Shown: positions 49,968-56,171 of the stretch, piece after piece
Numbering within the stretch: position 1 is the first letter of the stretch
Layout of the letters: each line of letters opens with the position of its first letter
From: an uncultured virus (IMG/VR IMGVR_UViG_3300027771_000010)
Taxonomy: Duplodnaviria; Heunggongvirae; Uroviricota; Caudoviricetes
Reading direction: 5' to 3' (one strand)
DNA: 64,000 nucleotides
Virus record (IMG/VR): IMGVR_UViG_3300027771_000010
Program-made: the position numbers and the translations under genes
Notes under the pieces: model-generated
The model's input: only the letters and a program-made list of their open reading frames with translations
What the model was told of the DNA's origin: nothing
Databases searched by the model: none

Positions 49968-50600
49968 ATGTTGACTCTTAAAGAGAACCTAACTTATGGA
50001 CAAGCGAAGATCATTACTGAGAGTTCTCAGGATGGTAAAGACCTGTTTATGCAAGGTATCTTTGTACAAGGAGATAAGCGTAATCAGAATCAGCGGGTAT
50101 ATCCGATAAATGAAATTTCAAAGGCTGTCAAGAACATCCAAGAAAGATTAGATTCGGGTTTATCAGTATTAGGTGAAGCAGATCATCCAGATGATTTGCA
50201 AGTAAATTTAGATCGTGTGTCCCATATGATAGAGAAAATGTGGATGGACGGTCAAGACGGTTATGGTCGTTTAAAACTGTTACCTACACCGATGGGAAAT
50301 ATTTGTAAAACCCTATTAGAGAATGGTGTAAAACTTGGCGTTTCGTCAAGAGGTAGTGGAAACGTAACAGAGGGCGGTAATGTTAGTGACTTTGAAATAC
50401 AAACAGTAGATATAGTTGCTAATCCAAGTGCTCCAGATGCTTACCCGAATACATTATATGAACAAATAATGAATAACGGTAAACGTGGGAACATTTTACT
50501 CGATGTTGCAACCGCAGTAAATGACGACAAAATAGCTGAGGTGTACCTCCAGAAGGAAGTACTACAGTTCATTGAAAAACTAGATATTAGGAGAAACTAA
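49968..50600 (+). CDS. gp21: Prohead protease, T4 gp21-like
   Basis: GIFVQ..RNQN.RVYP, LGEADHP, RVSH, TPMG, GVSSRGSG, DIVANPSAPDA. Confidence 0.96.
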   Translation: MLTLKENLTYGQAKIITESSQDGKDLFMQGIFVQGDKRNQNQRVYPINEISKAVKNIQERLDSGLSVLGEADHPDDLQVNLDRVSHMIEKMWMDGQDGYGRLKLLPTPMGNICKTLLENGVKLGVSSRGSGNVTEGGNVSDFEIQTVDIVANPSAPDAYPNTLYEQIMNNGKRGNILLDVATAVNDDKIAEVYLQKEVLQFIEKLDIRRN

Positions 50601-51698
50601 ATGGCTAATGCAATAGAACAACTCCTAAGTTCAGAAGTCCTATCAGAAGAAGTGCGTTCGACACTTTCAGAGGCATGGGAAGTAAAATTAAGTGAAGCTC
50701 GTGAAGAGATCACTGCCGAATTACGTGAAGAATTCGCTAACAGATACGAAACTGATAAAACGTCGATGGTGGAAGCACTTGACGCGATGGTATCAGATAC
50801 GATCAAATCAGAGTTAGTAGAATTTGCAGCGGACAAAAAAGCGGCAGTATCATCTCAAGTTGAGTATAAGCGTAAAATTGCTGAGCATGCGAATCTGCTT
50901 GATAAGTTTGTTATGGAAACACTTAACAAGGAAATTACAGAACTACGCAAAGACAGAAAGCTACAAGAAGGAAACTTCGAGCAGCTGGAAGATTTTGTGA
51001 TGGAACAACTTACTTCAGAACTTAATGAATTCCATAATGACAAGAAAGACCTTATTGAACAAAAGGTAAAACTTGTTGCAGAAGGCAAAGAAATGATTAA
51101 ATCAGCTAAAGCTGAATTCATAAACAAAGCTTCTACAAAATTAGCAAGTATTGTTGAGAACACTATCTCAACTGAACTTACTGAGATTAAAGAAGATATT
51201 AAAACTGCTAAAGAAAATATGTTTGGACGTAAGTTGTTCGAAACTTTCGCAGCAGAATTTATGGGTTCTCACCTAGCAGAGGGAACACACATTTCAAAAC
51301 TTTCTAAAGAACTTTCTAATGTGAAGAGTCAATTAGATGAATCACATAAAGAAATTAAAGATAGAGAATCAAAAATCGTTCTTGCTGAATCAAAGGTAAC
51401 AAAGATTAATGAGAGTCGTGAGCGTGAGACAGTAATGTCAGACCTTATGTCACCACTATCAAAAGACAAACGCGAATTAATGGTAAATTTACTTGAGAGC
51501 GTAAGCACTAGTAAATTAAAAGTACAATTCAACAAATACCTACCAACGGTACTTAGTGAATCTACTACATCTGTTAAATCACAGAAACTAAATGAATCTC
51601 AGAAGACTGAGATTACAGGTAACAAGGCCGCAACTATTCAGGCAACTGAAAGTGAAGCCGAAATTATTAACCTTAAAAAGTTAGCAGGAATCAACTAA
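50601..51698 (+). CDS. gp22: Prohead core scaffold protein, T4 gp22-like
   Basis: E/K-rich coiled coil between gp21 and gp23; FGRKLFE.FA.EF. Confidence 0.88.
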   Translation: MANAIEQLLSSEVLSEEVRSTLSEAWEVKLSEAREEITAELREEFANRYETDKTSMVEALDAMVSDTIKSELVEFAADKKAAVSSQVEYKRKIAEHANLLDKFVMETLNKEITELRKDRKLQEGNFEQLEDFVMEQLTSELNEFHNDKKDLIEQKVKLVAEGKEMIKSAKAEFINKASTKLASIVENTISTELTEIKEDIKTAKENMFGRKLFETFAAEFMGSHLAEGTHISKLSKELSNVKSQLDESHKEIKDRESKIVLAESKVTKINESRERETVMSDLMSPLSKDKRELMVNLLESVSTSKLKVQFNKYLPTVLSESTTSVKSQKLNESQKTEITGNKAATIQATESEAEIINLKKLAGIN

Positions 51699-51711
51699 GG
51701 AGAATTCCCCA

Positions 51712-52875
51712 ATGACACAGAATCTATTTGAAAACTGGGCAGTAACAAAAGACGCCCTAACAGACGGTTTAGACGGTAACAAAAAGGTTGTAATGGAATC
51801 AGTTCTAGAAAACACTAAGAACTATCTTTCAGAATCAGCCGCAGCAGGAACAACAATGGCAGGCAACGTAGCTTCACTTAACAAAGTGATTTTACCAGTA
51901 ATCCGCCGTGTTATGCCTACTGTTATTGCAAACGAACTAGTTGGCGTACAGCCAATGACTGGTCCAGTAGGACAGATCCATACACTAAGAGTACGTTATG
52001 GTGAAGCAGGCGCAGGCGTTGCAGCCGGCGACGAAGCACTATCACCATTTGCTATTGCAAAAGGTTACTCAGGTGACGCATCAACTGGCGGACCAAGCTC
52101 AACTTCAAGTCTTGAAGCACAAGCTGGACGTAAGCTATCAATCCAAGTATTGAAGCAAACAGTAGAAGCGAAAACACGTAAACTATCAGCACGTTGGACT
52201 TTTGAAGCAGCACAAGATGCTAATTCAATGCACGGTTTGGACGTTGAAGCAGAAATTATGCAAGCACTTGCACAAGAAATTACTGCTGAAATCGACCAAG
52301 AAGTTCTTACTTCACTACGTACATTAGCTGGCGCAGCTGTTGACACATATGACCAAGGCGCAGTATCAGGTACTGCAACTTTCGTAGGTGACCAACACGC
52401 GGCATTAGCGGTTCTAATTAACCGTTCAGCTAACATCATTGCTACACGTACAAGACGTGGCGCAGGTAACTACGTTGTTATTTCACCAACTATGTTAACA
52501 GTACTTCAATCAGCGACTACATCAGCGTTCGCAAGAACAACTGAAGGTCCTTTTGAAGCACCTACTAACACTAAGTTTGTTGGAACACTAAACAACACTA
52601 TGCGTGTCTTTGTTGACCAGTATGCTGCAGATAATGCACCAGTACTAGTTGGCTATAAAGGCGACGGTGAAATTGATGCGGCAGCATTCTATTGCCCATA
52701 CATCCCACTTATGTCTTCAGGCACAGTACTTGACCCATCAACTTTCGAACCAACAGTGTCATTCATGACACGTTATGGTTATGTTGAGCTAAACAACCAG
52801 GCTTCATCACTTGGTAACGCAGCTGACTACCTATCGAAAATTGGTGTTAACGCAGGTAACCTTTCTTTCCAGTAA
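51712..52875 (+). CDS. gp23: Major capsid protein, T4 gp23-like
   Basis: IRRVMP..IA.ELVGVQPMTGP, VEAKTRKL.A.WT.E.AQD, EI.AEIDQE, TRRGAGN, FYCPYIPL, F.P...FMTRYG. Confidence 0.98.
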   Translation: MTQNLFENWAVTKDALTDGLDGNKKVVMESVLENTKNYLSESAAAGTTMAGNVASLNKVILPVIRRVMPTVIANELVGVQPMTGPVGQIHTLRVRYGEAGAGVAAGDEALSPFAIAKGYSGDASTGGPSSTSSLEAQAGRKLSIQVLKQTVEAKTRKLSARWTFEAAQDANSMHGLDVEAEIMQALAQEITAEIDQEVLTSLRTLAGAAVDTYDQGAVSGTATFVGDQHAALAVLINRSANIIATRTRRGAGNYVVISPTMLTVLQSATTSAFARTTEGPFEAPTNTKFVGTLNNTMRVFVDQYAADNAPVLVGYKGDGEIDAAAFYCPYIPLMSSGTVLDPSTFEPTVSFMTRYGYVELNNQASSLGNAADYLSKIGVNAGNLSFQ

Positions 52876-52900
52876 GAAATTACTAGAAGAATTAAAATTG

Positions 52901-52928
52901 AAACAGGTCCTTCGGGGCCTGTTTTATT
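52901..52928 (+). terminator. Intrinsic terminator after gp23
   Basis: AAACAGGTCC-TTCG-GGGCCTGTTT followed by TATT. Confidence 0.85.
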
Positions 52929-52950
52929 GACTGCGGTGTCATAAATACAT

Positions 52951-53001
52951 GTGTCGTTCATCCAGACGCAGGACGGAAGTAGCAATAGCGAAGGAACGCA
53001 C
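52951..53001 (+). ncRNA. Glutamine riboswitch (glnA RNA motif, glutamine-I type)
   Basis: CGTTCA-TCC-loop-GGA-CGGAAGTA-GC-aata-GC-GAAGGAACGC: P1 CGTTC/GAACG, P2, and E-loop GAAGTA/GAA; begins about 5 nt after a CATAAATA box (52940-52947). Confidence 0.8.
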
Positions 53002-53025
53002 TTAACTTTAATTAGGAGAGTGTTT

Positions 53026-53142
53026 ATGGATAAGTTCACGTTAATGAGATACTTACAACTAATCGCAGAACGAAAATTAGATCAAAAAAGAAAAGTGTTA
53101 TTCCGCAGATTTTATTTGAAAACGGTTGACACAGATAAATAA
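53026..53142 (+). CDS. 38-aa basic peptide downstream of the glutamine riboswitch (MDKFTLMRYLQLIAERKLDQKRKVLFRRFYLKTVDTDK)
   Basis: AGGAGAG RBS 5 nt before ATG 53026; the ORF-track GTG start lies inside the riboswitch. Confidence 0.7.
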   Translation: MDKFTLMRYLQLIAERKLDQKRKVLFRRFYLKTVDTDK

Positions 53143-53154
53143 TAATGTTATAGT
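53126..53154 (+). promoter_or_regulatory. Sigma70-type promoter (with embedded GATAAATA late box) for the Trp leader/tRNA-Trp unit
   Basis: TTGACA-17 nt-TATAGT with extended -10 TG. Confidence 0.8.
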
Positions 53155-53192
53155 TAATACATACTAGAAATAACAACAACAGGAATTACCCA

Positions 53193-53261
53193 ATGCACAA
53201 GAATACACAACAATCATTTTATTGGTGCTGGACAGCAATGTCTAGGTGTGTCTTGATGTAA
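53193..53261 (+). CDS. Tryptophan leader peptide (22 aa, MHKNTQQSFYWCWTAMSRCVLM)
   Basis: AGGA RBS 8 nt upstream; TGG-TGC-TGG at 53223-53231; followed by alternative hairpins and a terminator. Confidence 0.75.
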   Translation: MHKNTQQSFYWCWTAMSRCVLM

Positions 53262-53286
53262 CTTTAATCAAAAGGTTATTTTTTAC

Positions 53287-53321
53287 AAGCCCCTAGCATT
53301 AACGTGTTGGGGGCTTTTTTT
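53287..53321 (+). terminator. Attenuator terminator directly upstream of tRNA-Trp
   Basis: AAGCCCCTAGCA-ttaacg-TGTTGGGGGCTT (12 bp, 2 G-U) ending in a T7 tract. Confidence 0.85.
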
Positions 53322-53323
53322 AT

Positions 53324-53398
53324 AGGGGTGTAGTGTTAATGGTAACACGTTGGATTCCAAATCCAAAATTAGCGGTTCGAATCCGTTCACCTTTGCCA
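53324..53398 (+). tRNA. trnW: tRNA-Trp (anticodon CCA), CCA end encoded
   Basis: Acceptor AGGGGTG/CACCTTT, D-arm GTGT/ACAC, anticodon arm TTGGA-TTCCAAA-TCCAA, T-arm AGCGG-TTCGAAT-CCGTT, discriminator G, CCA. Confidence 0.95.
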
Positions 53399-53475
53399 TC
53401 ATAAATACAATTGTTATAATTAATAACACAGTATATAATAAACTTTATATGTCGCAATGAATAGGAGAAAATCAT

Positions 53476-54954
53476 ATGCCGTCAACAATCCCTTTCGATT
53501 CAGGTTTAGTATTAGGCAACATAGTTGACCCAAATCAAATTAAACTATTGAATACAATCGCACAACAACAAGAACCAGTAAATGAAGCTGAAGAAAAATT
53601 AAATGCATTAATTACTTCAAAGCATAAGTTAGATATGACTATGCAAGAAATGATAAATTCAAATGTACCCAAAGGAGCTTTGGGAAAGTTTGCTGAATCA
53701 ATTACTAAAACAGAAGAAGGTTTAACCCAAGCCGCAACTGAGTATGGTGCTGCAGTATTAAAGCAACAGCCTTTAATTCAGAAAGCTAAATCAGATGCAC
53801 ACAAAGCAGGTGGAACAATTCAATCTCACCCAGAGAGTCCAATAGACTGGGAAAAATCCCAAATTAAAAAATTAGCACTCAGCTCAGATACAATGATTAC
53901 TGATGCTCAATTTATTCGTAACGAAAACGAAGATGATTATTCAGGCGCACACGCCGAAGCAACAGCTACAGCAGCATCTGGAAGTGTCAAATATATATTT
54001 GGCCCAAAGATTAGTGCTAGTGTAGCTAGATCAGTAAAAAGTTCAACACTTGCTCAAACTTCAAAGCATAAGATTGCAGGAACACTAGTAATTACAGCTA
54101 CGTGTACTCATAAGATATCAGAAGTATTTGCTCCGTTTGTAATGGACCCAATAAAAGCAGTAACAGCATGGAATGCGTTGATGCCTGATAAAATGAATTC
54201 ACCAGAAGAAATTACAGCCGCAGCAAGCGTACCAGCTAAAGCTGGTGAAGTACTGTCTCTTCTTTCAGGACAAACAGTAGGTAGTTCGTTTGTTGGAATG
54301 GTACACGTACTACAAGTTGAAGAAACAAAATCAGCACAGAGTTCAGCAGCAGTATCAGCACAAGCTAAAGCAGTACTGGAATTTGGAGCATTTTATGCAC
54401 ACGGAAAAGGTGAATTTGGATCCGATGCAGAATTTAGCAATAGTGTTAAGAGTATGTTAAGTAATTCAGAATTATCATCACACTGTTCGCTTGTAACAAT
54501 GGGACTTATCCCTTCGTTAAAAAGTAATCAAGTCAAGACTAGTATCAGTCAGTTAAAACCATCAGCAAGTGAAGTAATGGAACAACTTGGAGCAATTCAA
54601 GGTTCTACTAGTTCAACAGTAAATAGTATATCTAGCGATGCAAACGCAGCCAAAGCAGGCGCTCAAGCTATATCGTTAAACAATAGTTATATTACTGGAG
54701 TTGTTTCTAACTTGTCAACAGTTGATAATGATAATAATAAGATTATTGATGTTAACTCGTTAATGACAGCATTTGATGATTACGTTGTTAAAGCCGCAGC
54801 AGGCGATTGCGGAATCCCTATTAACTTCTTTATTAAAGAAGTCACTAAGCCGGATATTGCAAAGTCATGGTTGCACAAATTTAGCCCACAAGAAAATTGG
54901 CAAAATAATGCATCGGGCGGAGAAGGTGGTGAAGCCACAGTAAAAGACAAATAA
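53476..54954 (+). CDS. Uncharacterised 492-aa Ser/Ala-rich protein (possible MACPF/CDC-like fold)
   Basis: CATAAATA (53400-53407) and AGGAG RBS; N-terminal helical part, beta-rich core, C-terminal GIPINFFIK. Confidence 0.75.
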   Translation: MPSTIPFDSGLVLGNIVDPNQIKLLNTIAQQQEPVNEAEEKLNALITSKHKLDMTMQEMINSNVPKGALGKFAESITKTEEGLTQAATEYGAAVLKQQPLIQKAKSDAHKAGGTIQSHPESPIDWEKSQIKKLALSSDTMITDAQFIRNENEDDYSGAHAEATATAASGSVKYIFGPKISASVARSVKSSTLAQTSKHKIAGTLVITATCTHKISEVFAPFVMDPIKAVTAWNALMPDKMNSPEEITAAASVPAKAGEVLSLLSGQTVGSSFVGMVHVLQVEETKSAQSSAAVSAQAKAVLEFGAFYAHGKGEFGSDAEFSNSVKSMLSNSELSSHCSLVTMGLIPSLKSNQVKTSISQLKPSASEVMEQLGAIQGSTSSTVNSISSDANAAKAGAQAISLNNSYITGVVSNLSTVDNDNNKIIDVNSLMTAFDDYVVKAAAGDCGIPINFFIKEVTKPDIAKSWLHKFSPQENWQNNASGGEGGEATVKDK

Positions 54955-54974
54955 AATAAGCAATGCTTATATTT

Positions 54975-55002
54975 AAAAAGACACTTAGGTGTCTTTTTTT
55001 TT
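54975..55002. terminator. Bidirectional intrinsic terminator
   Basis: AAAAAGACAC-ttag-GTGTCTTTTTTTTT between convergent genes. Confidence 0.8.
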
Positions 55003-55004
55003 GG

Positions 55005-55169
55005 CTAACTTTCTGTTTCTTGTGTTTTAAGCCACTCGAGGTACGCTGGTATCTTAGGGCATACTTCTTCGTGTGCATACATAGCTTCTTCAGTATACAT
55101 TTTGTTGCAAGCTATACATTCATAAATTTCATCTGCATGAATAATGTTTAGCTTACCAGCTTGTATCAT
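55005..55169 (-). CDS. 54-aa C2HC zinc-finger protein, not in the ORF track
   Basis: MIQAGKLNIIHADEIYECIACNKMYTEEAMYAHEEVCPKIPAYLEWLKTQETES: C-x2-C-x11-H-x3-C; ATGA overlap with the upstream gene; ends at the terminator. Confidence 0.7.
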   Translation of the reverse strand: MIQAGKLNIIHADEIYECIACNKMYTEEAMYAHEEVCPKIPAYLEWLKTQETES

Positions 55170-55603
55170 ATCAAACCTTTTACTTTCGCAACCCCAAAAA
55201 ATACACCAGCTATAGCTAATATTAAGAAGATACCAGCACTCAATGCAATAGTCATTGTAGACTGGGTAGCTTTAGCGTTAGCTTTCTTTCGATTGGTAGC
55301 TTGTATTTTTAAACCTGCATTGTATTGCTTTCTAAATTTACAAAAGTCTACGTAGCCATGCAGTCTTTGCTTGTTGAGCATAAACTCTAAGTCTCTTTCG
55401 TTCTTCTTTAGTTGTTCCTGAGCTTGAAATGCTTCCATAACATTTCCAGTGCCAGCCTTAACTTGTTTGTTAATTGCTTTTTCAGCACCGAAGTACTTTG
55501 TTATTGCTGTGCCTGCATCAGCAATCTCCCTGCCATTGGCAATAGTAGTCTTGATGACCTTAAACGCCGCATTGGCTATCATTAATTCTGCTAACATATC
55601 CAT
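55166..55603 (-). CDS. Hypothetical protein with C-terminal transmembrane helix
   Basis: AAGGAG RBS; IALSAGIFLILAIAGVFFGV. Confidence 0.75.
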   Translation of the reverse strand: MDMLAELMIANAAFKVIKTTIANGREIADAGTAITKYFGAEKAINKQVKAGTGNVMEAFQAQEQLKKNERDLEFMLNKQRLHGYVDFCKFRKQYNAGLKIQATNRKKANAKATQSTMTIALSAGIFLILAIAGVFFGVAKVKGLI

Positions 55604-55773
55604 AGTCTCCTTGTGTATTCTTGTGGTATACCATACGGCTCCCTTGACGGCTGTACTACTAGATATTCCACATTTACCTTATGAGTAGATGGTTCAACTA
55701 GTGGCCTTTGGCCCTCTGGTGCTAAGTCGGGTGCTATATGTATTGGATACAGTTCAGCCGGGCTTGACCACAT
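55591..55773 (-). CDS. Small hypothetical protein (60 aa)
   Basis: ORF overlapping the downstream gene; TAATG-coupled to a 17-aa upstream ORF. Confidence 0.55.
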   Translation of the reverse strand: MWSSPAELYPIHIAPDLAPEGQRPLVEPSTHKVNVEYLVVQPSREPYGIPQEYTRRLWIC

Positions 55774-55936
55774 TATTTGTGGTACAAATTCTTTCGTGCT
55801 TTAATACATAATGTATAGCTGAACATAGTAGTATTTATTTAAAAGCGACATTTTGACAGGTATTTTGACTTTCTGTTTTACTTCTAGCAGAAATGATAAA
55901 TACATGTACAATAATAGGAAGTAGTAGGAATATAAT

Positions 55937-56104
55937 ATGATGTCATCACACATTACTCCAGAGTCTGGAAAACTGGTTACGAAAAGTCCTGTAAAGGCCA
56001 AATCATTAATAATGAGCGAGGCCAACGTGCTTCTGTTCTTAACGACCAATAAAAATGCTGATATAATATATAAATCTACAAAGAGCCTTGCTAGCGTAGT
56101 TTAA
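55937..56104 (+). CDS. Possible small protein (55 aa, MMSSHITPES...)
   Basis: GATAAATA box near 55895 and AGGA RBS; fills the intergenic gap. Confidence 0.4.
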   Translation: MMSSHITPESGKLVTKSPVKAKSLIMSEANVLLFLTTNKNADIIYKSTKSLASVV

Positions 56105-56171
56105 AAAACGCTGGTCTAAAAAAGAGTAAATACAATAGACGCAAGAGCGAAGAATTTGTGAGGTATATAAG

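Noticed and set aside
52951..53025. 63-aa ORF starting at GTG 52951
   Set aside because: Its 5' part is the riboswitch; the SD-supported start is ATG 53026
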